Shown here: positions 1 through 13,299 of the stretch, piece by piece
Numbering within the stretch: the first letter of the stretch is position 1
How the letters are laid out: each line of letters opens with the position of its first letter
From: Isurus oxyrinchus
Lineage: Eukaryota
DNA length: 64,000 nucleotides
Direction: 5' to 3'
Assembly (NCBI GenBank): GCA_026770705.1
Contig: JANJGN010000039.1
Coordinates: 3,038,001-3,102,000 of the forward strand
The notes under the pieces: generated by a model
Told to the model about the DNA's origin: nothing
Databases searched by the model: none
The model's input: the letters and a program-made list of their open reading frames with translations, nothing else
Position numbers and translations under genes: made by a program

Positions 1-1234
1 ACACTCCGTCCATTATCGGGGCACAAGACTTTCCATGTGTGCTAAATACAGGATATTCTGCAACGAGTTACTAAAAGCTTGACGGTACATTCCAAATGTA
101 CAACCTTGTTGGCCTAGAAGAACAAGGGCAGCATGTACATTGGAAGAATAAAGCAAACAGTAGCTCAAGGAAGGCGTTTTGTCCTTTAGAGCCTGCTGCA
201 CGAATCAACTGATCTTCAACCTCATATTGACCTCCGTGTACAATCATCATATATCTCAATTAACATGGTACATGAACAGGCATTGGACATATTCATCGTC
301 TAACTGGCAGAAGTGTATCGCCATTCTATCATCATCATATATATCGATCTATCTCCCTTTCGAATTTCCCAGATACGGCAACTACACGAAAAAGACCAAT
401 TATCGTGAAATGTTGTGAATTTAAGACATGGTGTGGATTTTGCAACTGGGGGACTTTCAAAGTTCCCAGTAATTTTATGTTTGTCAAATTCTCATTCTGA
501 TCTTGCGGATGTTCAATTCCCATTTATTTTTTGAAACTGGTAAATAAGCATAATAATAAATTCTGTGGTCTCATTATTAGCACAATGGCTTTAGAAATCT
601 GTCTGCAGTATTCACTGAAGGGCCATGTGGTTTTCATATATTTTGATTAATTGATTTGTAATTCGAAATCCAAAAAAAATCAACCTATATTATTCACAAG
701 TTTTTTTCTTCTCTCAGGGTGACAACTGTGTAGGTTAAAGGTTCAATGCCTCTTCCGCTGTGTTGCTATGATCAATAGATTTCCCATGAGTCACGCAAAG
801 TTCATATGTACGAACAGCAAGTCAACTAGAATGATGTGTTTCTGTTTCCAAAGGAATACGGTGGAGAAATGGTGATCTTTTAGGACAATTATACTGACAC
901 TTATTGCAGAGACCACATCTAAGATACTGTGTATAGTTTTGATCTCCAACTTTAAGTAATTATTACAATTCATTAGAATCAGTTCAGATAGCGTTCACAC
1001 TGCGGATGCCTGGAAGCGGAGTTGGTGGAGGGTGGTGGTGGTTGTGGTGTAATCTTATTTGAAAGATTGGACAGCCAGTGCCCATTGAAATTTGGAAAAT
1101 CAAACGTTGCCCTTAATAAAACAGGTAGGATCCTGAAGAATTTTACATTCTGCATGTAAACAGTGTGTTTCTCTTGTGGGTGAGTTTGGAACAAAGCGAA
1201 CACATTTTTCTACTTTTCGGTCTCCCATTTAAAA

Positions 1235-1495
1235 CAGAGATGGGAAGGTTTTTATTTCTCTCAGAAGGTTGAATGGTTTTGGAACTCTCTTCTCCGGAGA
1301 GCGGTAGGCTCAGGCTGATGGAATATTTTTCAGGCAGGGGTAGTCAGTCTCTTGACAACCAACGATGTGAAACGTAATCGGAGGTGGACGGAATGTGGAA
1401 TTGAGGCCACAATCAGATGAGCACAATGGGATTTAATGGCGGACATGACTCGAGGAGCCGAATTCTCTCGGCCTGCTCGGGATTTCTTTGTTTGT
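1235..1495 (+). mobile_element. CR1-type (HER1/HE1-like) LINE 3' end
   Basis: ttctctcagaaggttg...tggaactctct...gaggccacaatcagat...aatggcgga...ctcgaggagccgaa...cctgctc tail typical of CR1 3' ends. Confidence 0.65.
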
Positions 1496-1599
1496 GTTTT
1501 TCCAATACCATGTGCAGCTGTGTCTCCCAATTGAATGATCCTTGAATGATCTCTGATCCTTGCATTTAAAGTATGGTTTCCTCATGCATGAATTCAGTT

Positions 1600-1910
1600 T
1601 GCCCTCGTACCTAAACCAGATCCGCTTGTCCCAACACCTCACCCTCCTGGAGATTCTGAAAGCTGCGTTCTTTCTCTTCCTCCAATCTCGATAACTCACT
1701 GGCACTCTGCCCAGCTGCATCTGTCCCACCCCCTCTAACAGCTAATATTTCAGCACATTTCTATTGTTTTACTCCTGATGAAGAGTCATGCGGACTCGAA
1801 ACGTTAACTCTGTCTTCCTTTCAACAGATGCTGTCAGACTTGCTGACGTTTTCCAGTTATTATTGTTCTTGTTCGATCACTCACTGGTTCAGATTCCGGC
1901 TTCCGCTTCT
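1600..1910 (+). mobile_element. Penelope-like element 3'/pLTR fragment
   Basis: ctgatgaagagtcatgcggactcgaaacgttaactctg...cagatgctgtcagacttgctga...ttccag terminal sequence, shared with 23779-23878 and, inverted, with 42230-42340, which adjoins a GIY-YIG-like C-terminus. Confidence 0.7.
1771..1809 (+). ncRNA. Minimal hammerhead ribozyme-like motif (Penelope-associated)
   Basis: CTGATGA (1775-1781), stem II GAGTC/GACTC with ATGCG loop, GAAA (1798-1801), palindromic ACGT stem III, GTT cleavage triplet; stem I decayed. Confidence 0.6.
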
Positions 1911-2369
1911 AAATCCATCCGAAATGTGAAATTGCCAGCCGTGGCTGTCCAGCTTTTCCCGTTTTCTAACACCCGCTGTTGACACTTTAAAACCAATGGA
2001 CTGAAGAACTTCTACCTGCTACTGTCCCATGGCATCCATATATATAGTTTGGAGCAAAATTTCACTTGCATCGTTATATCCACGTTCAGCTGATTCGGGA
2101 ATTGAGCACAACGCCCTCACTCAGCACTTCCAGTGGATTGTATACAGACACTGTTTACTTCATTTTTGCGATTGCCTGGGGGCATTGATGATAAAGGTAT
2201 TTAGATACATTTTTGTGACTGAATGTTTTGTCCAGGTCATTTATCAGTTTAGATATTTAATGCAACAAAGAGCTGGGATTTTAGACCAGTTCGAGGCACA
2301 CTGTTCCCTTGTCTCCATATCTGATGAATCACTTTTGGGTATTTTCTTCCTGCTTTTGTCTGCACCAGG

Positions 2370-2650
2370 TAAATTTCGGGAGCTTTTGTTTCTGAAGTGA
2401 CGAAAGTGTTGAAACTCAAAATGTGTTTTTTGCTACTTGGAGTGAATGGCAGACACCAAATTCCTTGTCATTATCACAGATCCAATATTAAGATGGAGTT
2501 GTCAGGAGGAACTCCCAGTTTTATTTATGTACAACAGTCGGATGTTTAAGTGCACTGCGGTTCCTAAATTTTCAACAAAAATCACCTCTTTCTGCTTCAC
2601 TGTCGCCATTATCTATGGTCCTTTAGAGGATATTTCTTGCAAGAAGCACA
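2370..2650 (+). pseudogene. Old GPR139-like exon-2 relic (TM1-TM3)
   Basis: After pyrimidine tract/cag: LFLK*RKC*NSKCVFCYLE*MADTKFLVIITDPILRW...CTAV...TSFCFTVAIIYG..ISCKK, collinear with ILRRRRCGLSNCVTRYLVAMAVADLLVIILDLILR...SVWFTVTF..ICCPK. Ends just before a (TCTA)n repeat. Confidence 0.7.
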
Positions 2651-2679
2651 TGCATGTATTCACGCCATTTCCATGTTAA

Positions 2680-2704
2680 TCCATCTATCTATTTATTTAT
2701 TTAT

Positions 2705-2768
<64 letters not shown>

Positions 2769-2790
2769 ATATATATATATATATATATGT
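2680..2790. repeat. (TCTA)n/(TA)n compound microsatellite
   Basis: Direct reading of sequence. Confidence 0.95.
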
Positions 2791-4565
2791 TTCCATCTAT
2801 CCAGCCATCACTCTCACTCATTCTCTAATTCGCTTGCTGTATAACTCTCTCGTGCTTTCATTCTCTGCCACCCTTGCTCTCTGTGCCTCGTTCTCTCTCC
2901 CTCTCGCTTGCTATTTCTCATCTTAATTAATCCGTTCAATGTTACGTCTTCTATTTGTCTAGCCATCTGTTCATCTATCAGCCTGTAGGTCTGCCTGTCT
3001 AACGATGTTGATGATTGGTTTTCACAACGCTATCACAGATGAGTGTCCAAGCAATAAAAAAGTGTCAGTGTGGTACCTTGCGTTAGGTTACACCAATTCT
3101 ATGTTTGCATTACCGATTGCAAAATTTGCATATCAAACTTGTACTCGCGGGATAATTAAACTTTGTCCGCGCACGCTTTGCTTGAAGGGTTTTTTATCCT
3201 CTTCTCCTCAAGTTTTGAAATCATTGGTTCATTTCTCAATTTGGCTGTGCCCAAGGTTTGCATACATTTTCACGTTTATATTTTTAAATTTGTTCTTCGA
3301 TTGCTGGGGGTTTCTTTTTTTGGCCCACAAGATATCGCACGTTGCATTGCCAGAGGAATCCATGTGCAAATCTGGGCAGGGTATCTGTTCTCTCTAGAAG
3401 CTTGATTGTTACAGACAAGCATCCCACATGTGCCCTGTTTGGACAAGGAGTGGGCCCGGAAACAGAAAACGGTGGCAAACAACTGTGCTTTCCGCATTAC
3501 TTCCCCTGGCGCTTCAGGCCTTTTCATTTATATATATATATATACTTTGATCTAAATTGGTAAAAGTTTATTTCTCAGCATCAATTTCTGGGACATTCGT
3601 TCACCATCCCCTATAGTATTCACCTGTTGCTCAGGTAAATACACCCCAGAATTGTCTTGACAGCAGACGTATTTCCTTTTTTTGGCGTTTCAGTTTGAAA
3701 TTTTTTGTCTCATAAGGAGCGCGACTGAAATAATCTGTTTGTTGAATGACTGAAACTGATTTATTTCTTCAGGCAGTATGAATGTGGTAATGGAGATTTA
3801 TCTGCTATATAAATAGGAGTTTCTCTGAAAGTATCATCTCATGATTTCCAGCAGTCTCAGTATAACTGCTTCAGCAGCAGTTTCTTAGTGCTTTACACAG
3901 TGACTAGAATTTGTTATGCTTCATCATTTGCTGACCATTTACAAAACTGTTGTAGAATCTCTCGTGGCACCATGTACGTGGATTCACATATTCTCAGGCA
4001 AACAATATACACTGCTGCTTTTCCTTCCATTCAGGGGATATGGGCAACGTTATCTAAGCCAGGATTTATTGCCTTTCCGCAATTGTCCTTCAGAATTTCG
4101 TGGTGAGCTCTCTTTTCCAGCTGCTGCAGTCTGTGTGGAGTAGGTTGTTTTGGATGTTCAGCACTTTGACACAGAGACAGCGAGGTAACGGCGACATATT
4201 TCCAAATCAGGGCGATGAGTGGTTTGGAGGGTAACTTCCAGCTGGTTGCATTCGCAAATACCTATTGCTCTATTCTTGCTAGATGGTAGCGCCTCTGGGT
4301 TTGCAATGTTAACAAAAGGACGTCATGCACGCAAAAGGTGGCAGTTTTTCTCTGTTCCCTGTTCCGAATGCTATGGTGCCAGTTCTAACCCGATATTCTG
4401 TGTTTAACTAATGTGGTATCTCCTTCTGGCTCTCCGATGGGTTTACCGTGTTTCTTTTTCTTTCTGAAATGTATTTAAAGGATACCGAGATTTGTATGTT
4501 TCAACTCACACCTTCTATTATTTGCTGTGTATCCATCTCAGCAGGAAAGTCTCCTTCTCATAAAG

Positions 4566-4635
4566 ATGGCAAAACTGAGACTTCGCCAGATTGAAGACAT
4601 TTACTATTCTATTCTCGGGGCTATTGGTGTACCTG
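4566..4635 (+). pseudogene. GPR139-like GPCR gene C, short exon 1 (MAKLRLRQIEDIYYSILGAIGVP)
   Basis: ATG at 4566, 23 codons + 1 nt, TM1-start motif IYYSILGAIGVP, canonical G|gtgag donor, phase 1 as in A1/A2. Confidence 0.8.
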
Positions 4636-5789
4636 GTGAGAGCATAAAAACATCATTGGATGTATAAATGGATGTTGACTTTGTTCTCAAACGACGTTTC
4701 TGATAACGTGAAATGGTTTCTTTACCGTTGGAGAGTGTTCAAAGCTGTGATGCCAATTTAACCTGAACGTCACCTGATTTCTTATTTTTGCTGCATCTCT
4801 CATACGGGAGTTTCCAGTGATGACATTTTATTTATTCCATAGGGAATGTTTTGTAACTGGGTGGACGCTGCAATAAATGTTATAACCAAGTGCAAACCGA
4901 GCTTGACGTTGTCGATACCACAATCTGTGCAAATCAATGCAAGATTCACCTTGAAATAATTGAAAGTGTTGGCTAATGGTTTCCAACGGTTTTGCAATGT
5001 TGCTAGCACGGAATCCCTGCCAAATCCCTTACATTTTGAGGCAGCAATAATTTTTACAGCTCAGTATGCAGGAAGGAGAGCTGGGCTGAAAGATAAAGCT
5101 TTGCGTGCTGAGGACAATCAACTATCTTCCTTGTTTGTATATAGATTGAAAGATATTCATTTCTGTAGCATCTTTTATCGACCACCTTAATACATTTACA
5201 TGAAGTATAGACACTGTAGTAACGCAGATGTGCGACAGTCAGTTTGTGCTCTGGAAGCTTCCACACGCAGCACATTGACAATGACCCGATGATCTTTGTT
5301 TGTGAGTTTTAGCAGAGGTATTTCTATCAGTCAGGGCACAAACGGTTAAGAACAGCTTGTTGTTCAAAATGGTGGCAAGCTTTTTTTTTCTTACGGTTAA
5401 CCCGTGAATCCATTTTATATACATTCTGAAAGTTGCTACTTCAGACAATACATAACTACCTCACTACGGCAATGGAGCATTAGCTGAGAATTTTGTTCTC
5501 AAGTGCTGCCGCCGGACATAAATCGGTAACATCTATCTCATCATGGGGATTGGTACGGAGTCGTAGGTGGTACAATATTGAAACAGCAATGCAACCTGAG
5601 CACATATCTCATTCTCATTTTTGTGCTCAATTTAACTTCTCACCAATCACTTCCTGTTGCAGTAAACCACACTACCAAATATAAGTGATTTACATTGAGA
5701 ATTGAAGTGGATCGATATTATGAATTTTCGGACTTTCCTGTCCCTTTGGAAAGCCCACATTGCAATCATATGCAGGTGCTTACAAAGGG

Positions 5790-6270
5790 ACATAGGAACC
5801 TAAGAAATGGGAGTAGAAGTTGGCCATTCGGACGCTCGAGCTTGATCCACTATTGACGTATCTCATGGCTGAAATCATGTCTCAAGCTATTTTCTTGCAA
5901 TATCTCATAGTTATGTTGCATTTAATGTTTACAGATTGGCTCATTTATGCCTTCAACATACGCAATGGTTGAACCACTACCGCAGCTGAAAGGAAATAAT
6001 TTCGAACATTCATCACCCTCTGAGTGAATAAATTTCTGCTCACCTCAATCATAAATATCATATTTTTGTTCTGAAATTGTGTCTCCGGCTTTCAGTCAAC
6101 CCCGATATGGGAAGCATCCAACCTGCATCTACACAATTGAAGCTCTAAGAAAGGTTTGTGCTTCTGTGAGATCACTCCTTATTTACCAAAGGTCCAAAGA
6201 GCTTGGGCTCAGTCTCGCCAATGCCTCCACATAGGCCAATCCGAGCTAATTCCCAATTATATAAGGTGTA
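5790..6270 (-). mobile_element. CR1-type LINE 3' fragment
   Basis: cataggaacctaagaaatgggagtagaagttggccattcgg...tcaccctctgagtgaataaatttct is the reverse complement of a CR1 tail. Confidence 0.6.
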
Positions 6271-7099
6271 AGTCTAGTGAACTCTCCATTTCGCACTCCC
6301 TCACGTTTTATCCTTACAATCAACCCCCATCGTCTCCAAATACAGACCATGACAATTTTACTTTTTCCTTATTTTGGAAAGAAGACCGGCAGTGTTTATG
6401 ATACACTGCTTGAGATGAGGCCCATCAGTCACTCTGTTTGCTCTCCAATACTCAATTGCTTCACCAGTGAAACTCAATCGTAATTTTAGGAAGTATTGGG
6501 GCTTCTCGTTCACGGTTGTACAACTATCATTCACACGCCCTCATAGCCTGAATCAGCTTTTGCCTTCAAGAAGAAACCGGTCAGAATGTAACATTTTCAA
6601 CACGTCAGTGGCTGAATCAAAATCCATAACGAAGTTGGAAATCTCCAATTGCTTTCCAATGGCCTTGTAATTTCTCAATCCCCCACAATCAGTCTGTTGG
6701 GCACCTTGGGTGACATGAAACTTAACCGTAGCTGCCATGTAAAAGTTGGCCTCGAAAAGTAGGTCAGACATTAGAAAATACACTGAGAGTATCTCATCTA
6801 TTAAGATTCAGATTCAGGGCACCATCAACTGCGCGTGTATTAGGAGAATGGTTAACAAACTGAGATGGCCGGGATTATTTCAGTGACAACAACAACTCAA
6901 AAACTCAGCACAAGAAGAATGAAGTTGGCTGCTTGATCGGTATCACAACCATCACCATAAATGTTCCACACGATAATTACAGTGTTGGGGATCTGTCAGC
7001 CTTGTGAATACATATTCCGGTTTGTGCACAACTGTGCTGCAGCTGATTGTTCAGAGCGCCTGGTGAATGCCCAATTTTGAGTTCTTGAACACGTTGACA

Positions 7100-9480
7100 T
7101 TTACCTCATTTAGCGGAATGTTTTTGCCACACAACGCGATGGAGGGAATCCCCAAGTGAAGGCGGATTTTGTGTGCTCAGGGACTGTGTGAGGGTCAATA
7201 CTATCAATACTGCCATGAGCATATCCACGTGGGTAGGTTATTGGGGCGAGTTCAGTTTTGTGTTTCCATCTTGTTAATTTCCTGACCACATGCAAAAGAC
7301 CCAGTCTAGCAGTTTTCTTTATTACGCGGCCAGCTCGGCCATTAGTAGTGCTAGAGATTCTCTCTTGATCATAGACACGGAAGCCCCCTACGTGGAGTAT
7401 ATTTTTTATTGCCATCCCAAAATCTTCCTCCATTGATGATCACTCATTCATCATCTGAGACGACCGATAGGGCTTAATTAGCAGTGGACTTTCCTTGCCC
7501 AAGTAATACCTGATCCCATGAGATTTCATTGAATTTCCAATTACCTTTAAGGCTGTTTCAGATGCGTCACATTGAACATAAAAGTTTTGCACCAATGGCA
7601 TTTAAGAAAGCAACAAAAAATGAGTGATGGCTCGAAATGTGATTGAGAATTAAGTTTTTAGATAGGGTTATTTAACTGAGAGGTTGGCTTATGATTGGGA
7701 TGAGCTTTGAAAGCAATAAGAACTATTAATCTACAAAAGATAAACTGCTTGAATCGTTAAGGTAGTGGAACTGCAGTCAATCAAGCAGGGTGCTTTGTCC
7801 TAGATTAATTCAATATTCTTGAATGTTATTGGGACATAACTCAACCAGACAAGTGTAGTATTTTCCAATCACACTCTTTATTTGCGCCTTGTAGAAGAGA
7901 GACGGGAAAATGACAAGGGTGTTTGATGGATAATTATTTACTGTCGATGATCATTGACTGTCGCCGGTGTGTGGCGAATATAACTTGTTGGTTTTCAGCA
8001 GAGTTCTGGGTGTTGCCCAGGTCCTGTTAGTTACACATAGGCAAAGATTTCTTCAGCATCTGTTGAGTTGCAACTTTTGCTTAAGTTTTCGCAAATATGA
8101 GTGGATGCTATCTCCACCCCCCGCTCCCCAAACCCAAACCTTTTCTGAGCACATGATGGAGAGAGATTCATTGATGAAGTGGATTAAGATGGTTGCGCCC
8201 GGACTATGACCTCAGCATCTCCTGCAGTGATATCAAGAGGCTGAGGTGGGTGACTTGCAAAAATAAAAATTCCTTTGTGCTCTGCATACTACAATTAGTA
8301 GAAACTCCCCTCACCCCCTTACATGTATTGACTCAAATTTCGCTTCCGATCCCTGCTACCATAAAATGACAAATGTTGTATTGATATGAAGCACAGTCGC
8401 TCTCGCATCACATCATGAGTTCAGCACCAATGTCCATGTCTGTATCAAATCTGATCGAAGAGCTGGAGCTCAGACACAACTCATAATGAGCGTCAATGAA
8501 CAGTTTATGTCTTTTTGCGTAAAGGCCGGTATTTTAGCTGTACTATTACAACGTGGCGTGGAAGGATTTTTCAGGGACACTGATCTCCAATCCAATTGGT
8601 GAAATCTGACAGGACCCATATCCTCTCCATCATCCAGCCCCTTCAGTTGTTTCTTCATATCACGCTATGTGAATCACATAGGCTGAAGACTGGCCCCTGT
8701 GATGATGCCATCTTCAGAATGAGGACGGAATGACCCATCAACTCCTCACTTCATCCTGAATGTGGCTACAAATTCTTTAGCCATTTTTTAGCACTGATGT
8801 GCTGAGCTCCACAATCATTGCCGATGAGGATATGGGTGGAGTGTCCTCTGCAAGTGAGTTTTTTGAAATATGCAACAACATTTAAGACAGCATGTGACAG
8901 GAATTGACGGCTGATATTTTCTTATTTGTTTGTGGGACCAATTAGCACTTTCTGTTGTGCGCTGCTTCCGCTGTTTTTGGCAAGCAAGTAGACTTACCTT
9001 GCAGATTCATCAGGTTGAAACCTCGTTATTATCTGGGAATGGTGCCGCTCCAGACATATTACGTATGTCGGCAAATATCCTTCTCCAGTATCCTCGAACA
9101 CTTGACCTCGAACACCTGGAAGGGCAAGAACATAGGGACAATATAAATTTCACATTCCTTTCCAAGTCACAAACCAAAATGACAAGGAATAATTCACCGT
9201 TAATTGAGTGACATTGCATCAAAAACCTGGAACTCATTCTTCGAGCACTGTGTGTCGATTTGCCTCACTTCAGCTGCAACACTATAAAACCATTCCCTTC
9301 AAGAATAAATAGAGAAAACGGAATAAAGACTGATCTTGTCAATATACCGCAAGCAGAGGAAGTGCCACATCATGCTGAATCTATGAATAATGCGTCCTTT
9401 TGCATTGAAATGATGAACCTAGCTGACTCCTTTGATCCGAATAGATTGAGACTAATCTCACATGCTTAAGTTATTTTAAG
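7100..9480 (-). mobile_element. Decayed non-LTR retrotransposon (CR1/L2-clade) ORF2 reverse-transcriptase region
   Basis: Minus strand reads QPLDITAGDAEVIVR..IHFI..LSIMCSE, a decayed form of the RT motif DITAGVPQGSVLGP..F..FINDL. Many stops. Confidence 0.65.
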
Positions 9481-11949
9481 TAGTATCCAGTACCCTGGTC
9501 GCGAACTGAGAACATACACCTTCAAGTCACTCTTGAATATCCAAGTTTGTACACAAAAGGCTTGGCTGAAAATGTTGCCCACAAACAACCGCGCCAAACA
9601 TCTTGCAACACCCCCTCCACACCCCCGACCCCCAACCCCTACCGCCTTTCTATTCACAGCATTGAACCCGTCCCCATCAGGTCAAGGATTGCACTTCCGA
9701 TTGGCTGCCGACACAGTTTTGAATCTCTCATTGCCTCCTGCCCGTTGTCATGGTCACATTGCTGTTAAACTGATTTCGGATTTCGGCTCGTGGACAAAAT
9801 CCCATCGCTCTCTGTTTGATCAGTCTAGGATCATGGGCCAAAGAGGATCATGAGCCAAAGTGCACTGTACCTGGTCTCAGTTTCTTTTCCCAACTGCAAA
9901 TTATTAAGGTGTCAGGAAGAGATTGTTGTTGCTTAAAATAATGGATAATTACACAGTATATACATATTTTAATTTCTCTATTTAATTTAGCAGGAAAGCG
10001 ACTGGATATATTTTCATTGTCTGTATTCTTAATTTGATAGATACAATAATGGATCATTGTTTGCATTGTTCAATATTTCTTTCAGTTGATAATTTACCGA
10101 TTCATTTTTTTGATATTTCAACGTTTAATTCGGAAATAAAACAGAAAATATATTGTTAATTTATTGATTTATTTTATATAATTAGTCTTCTCAAACTTCG
10201 GCTACATCAACATGTAACTGTGAAAAATATTGTTTTTTTAACGAGTTTCCCTATTGGCAGTGATGGCCAAGACAGTTTGAGTGCTGATATTTTTATTAAA
10301 CATCTTTGCATATTTCATGAAAGCGAATTGATAATATGGAAATGACAAATTAAATCTCAGTGTAAATGCATGATGTTGTAGGGATGTAAATAGTGGGTTT
10401 GCTCAGCTAACACCTGGATAGTAAAAGGGCAAATGAAGGCCGACTTTCATTTCTGTCGGACTTTGGTGGTTTCTTATGGATTTTGATTTTCTAATACATG
10501 CATCATTTCCAGTGCAGCCTAAGGGTCATCAGAAAATCCCTACTCAGTTTATGCACATTATGTGACCCTGTAAGGTTGTTATGATTGGTCTGATGGGATC
10601 TGCCACAGCCAATCAATATTGGATGCTTGCAATCGCTATTCAAAATTGTGAATGAGAGTTAGCTTATTAACTCACAAGCTGATCCAGAAATGTAAACCGT
10701 TCTTTATCCTTATTCGAATAATTCTTCTTAATGTTTTCAAAGTTCGTCAAAATCGTTAATCAACAACTTGCCTAAATAATCAGATTCAAATTATTGATTC
10801 ACCATCCAATCAACATACAATGCCACATTGCATTGTTGTTTTCCTAAGTTCCAGTGTGCAACATCTATGCATCACTGTGCAGCATTTTCTATAACCTTAA
10901 AACAACTTCATACTTCAATGAAAGCTCGATTGTGAAAATGTGAATTTTCCATTTCTAATCTGTTCCTCTCCAGCCTCACTGGAGATTTCAGTCGGAAAGC
11001 TGTTCTGAACCCTTACCTGATCCATGATAGGCTATTGCAACCGGGACTACACACACAATGTAATTTAAGGATATGCATTTAGTCTAGTGTTATGTAATTA
11101 ATTTTAAAATGCACAAAATGATTTGATAAACGTTTGAATTAAGAAGTTGCATTTCTGGCTGCATCAAATTTGTCCCTTCAGATTCACTGAGTAATGCTAC
11201 CCCTCGAAATGCAAACGGAGGTTATTTAAGTAAGCAACATGACTTATATGATGCAGCCAGGATCATGCAAGGATCAGAACAATTTCGCTTCATTTTTACT
11301 GATGAGTGAATATCATCAGTCTTTAATTGAATGCTCTTACTGTTAACTTCCACATAATAACAAAGCATTGAATGAATTCACTAAAAAGTTCCTGCTTTTT
11401 GAAAGAAAATTAAATATGGATCTACCAAACAATTCTAAAATGCACTGGTATTCTGTTCCCGACAAATGTAAAATGAAATTAGAATAAAAATCATTACTTT
11501 GGAAATGGATTTGTTCTATATCATCAGGTAATCAACAAATCGCAAACTAATTTTTCCAATCATGTCTTAGCTATTTCCAATACTTTACCAACACAAGTCG
11601 ATGTGCAAATCATGGTCAATTTCTCTCTGGGTTTTCTACATTTGGTGTCCAGCAGGAATCAGTGTTCAATTTTTCATTTCTAAACGTTTCACAAGGATGC
11701 AGCTTCTGAGATGAAAGTGATTCTTTTCTGCCCTTTCAGAAACAAATATTTTGTACTTCACCCGGTCAAAAAAGGGACCTCTCTCCTGTGCCCTGAGTTG
11801 GAAAACTCTGAGTTAAATCGCAGCCGAATAATATTTCTGAATTGCTCATTCACCATGTTTTGGTTATCGATCTAATTCCCATTCCCCCTGCATTTTACCA
11901 TATCTATTCAATGTGCTTTAAAACTGGCCTGCCTAGAAAAAAACGTGAC

Positions 11950-12740
11950 CATGCACAAAACTAACTCTGCCCTGAAACTGCCAATAAATAGTCCAAGAAC
12001 AATATAATCAGTCTGCCTGACAATATCGCTTTTCTCCCATTTGGAGATTAAACTGCCCCTTGATCAGCACTGACTAAACCAGACTTCCCACCCTGCATCG
12101 TACATGTTGCTTCAGTCCTTCTGCAATGAATCAGCGAAAGATACGTTCTGAACTTTTCCTCGACAATGCTCACCTTGCCTATCAATGTCACATTACTCAT
12201 CGTGCCTTAAAACTACTGACTGGTCTGTCATGAACCCCTGCTTCACACCGCTAGTCTCCATAAACATACTTCCTTACTTGTATTGTCGTTGAACGCCAGC
12301 ATGAGGGCGCCTGAGTAAACATTCATTCAGCCTCTTCTATGTGGGACTTTTTTGTAGTCCAGTGACCATTATAACATTTCCTGTTTATTGCAATTCCACC
12401 TATACCATCCCAACTGCCCAGACTTGCCCAGGGCTACGTTTTTTCTTCAAGCTGTCTCTCCTGTTGCACAATGAAACATCCCACCACTTACTGAATCTAT
12501 TAAATACCCGGCACACTTTCCACCACTACATCTTCCAGAACAGAACTCTACTATGCTAAATCTTTATTTTGTGCCCGCATTTCACAGTCCACATTGCACC
12601 TTCACACGTGAATTCGCTCGTTCCACCTCCTTTTTCTCATTTAAAATTTAACAAGCCGAGGCTTTTTTGGACCTTCAGTCAGTCCAGTACACATTCACCC
12701 TCAGCGCGCTGAATCTTCAGTGCACAATAGCTGTTCAGAA
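11950..12740 (+). mobile_element. Probable L2 LINE endonuclease-region fragment
   Basis: Residual ALT.T..L, NE.A...TF and IVV.RP pattern resembling the APE endonuclease; heavily decayed. Confidence 0.4.
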
Positions 12741-12992
12741 TTTATTGAGGGTGCTGCTCCCTAAGGATGAATAATCAATTAACGCTTAACCATCCTGCGC
12801 ACTTTTACTAGGTTCAATGCATATATAAAACACGTTGCTATTGGAAATCATGCTAAACATGATTGCATTAAACAATTTAAAAGATGCATGAAGAAACTAA
12901 ATTTGCAATGAATACCGTTTGCTGCAAACAAAAGAAAAATATGTTCATCTTTGTTGTTTATCTCATGTTATGTGTCTCTCTCTCTCTTACAG

Positions 12993-13250
12993 TGAATGGC
13001 GTTGCAATTGTGAATCTTTTGCGAGGAAAGCATGGTCTCTGCAAATGCATTACATACTATATGATGGCAATGGCAGCGGCTGGTCTCCTTATTGATTGTG
13101 CTGTTATCACAATGACCTGTTTAATTCTGGTCATTGAGGCCTGTGTGCCAGCTAGCTGCGACAATGCTTTATGAGTCACATCAGCCTCTTTCTGGTTAAC
13201 ATTGATATCGCCCTTATGGTCACTGCGTTCTGTAATACACTCTGTCTATG
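12993..13250 (+). pseudogene. GPR139-like GPCR gene C, decayed and truncated exon 2
   Basis: Acceptor tctctctcttacag|TG AAT, then VNGVAIVNLLRGKHGLCKCITYYMMAMAAAGLL matching NLVTIVILRRRRCGLSNCVTRYLVAMAVADLL. Stop at 13172-13174, SASFWLT remnant of TM3, then Gypsy sequence. Confidence 0.8.
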
Positions 13251-13299
13251 CTTCGTGGTAAGTTCTCTAATATAACTGTTTTATGTGTGGCTCTTTTTT

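Noticed and set aside
2029-2400. 123-aa ORF, with LYPRSADSGIE as a decayed exon 1 for the 2370 relic
   Set aside because: Only a Y-P-x-x-A-x-x-G-I resemblance and no splice donor; could be chance.
10427-11176. Possible MITE with gggcaaat.../...aaatttgtccc ends (similar candidates at ~3100-3520 and ~17950-20040)
   Set aside because: Inverted repeats are too short and imperfect to support without a repeat library.
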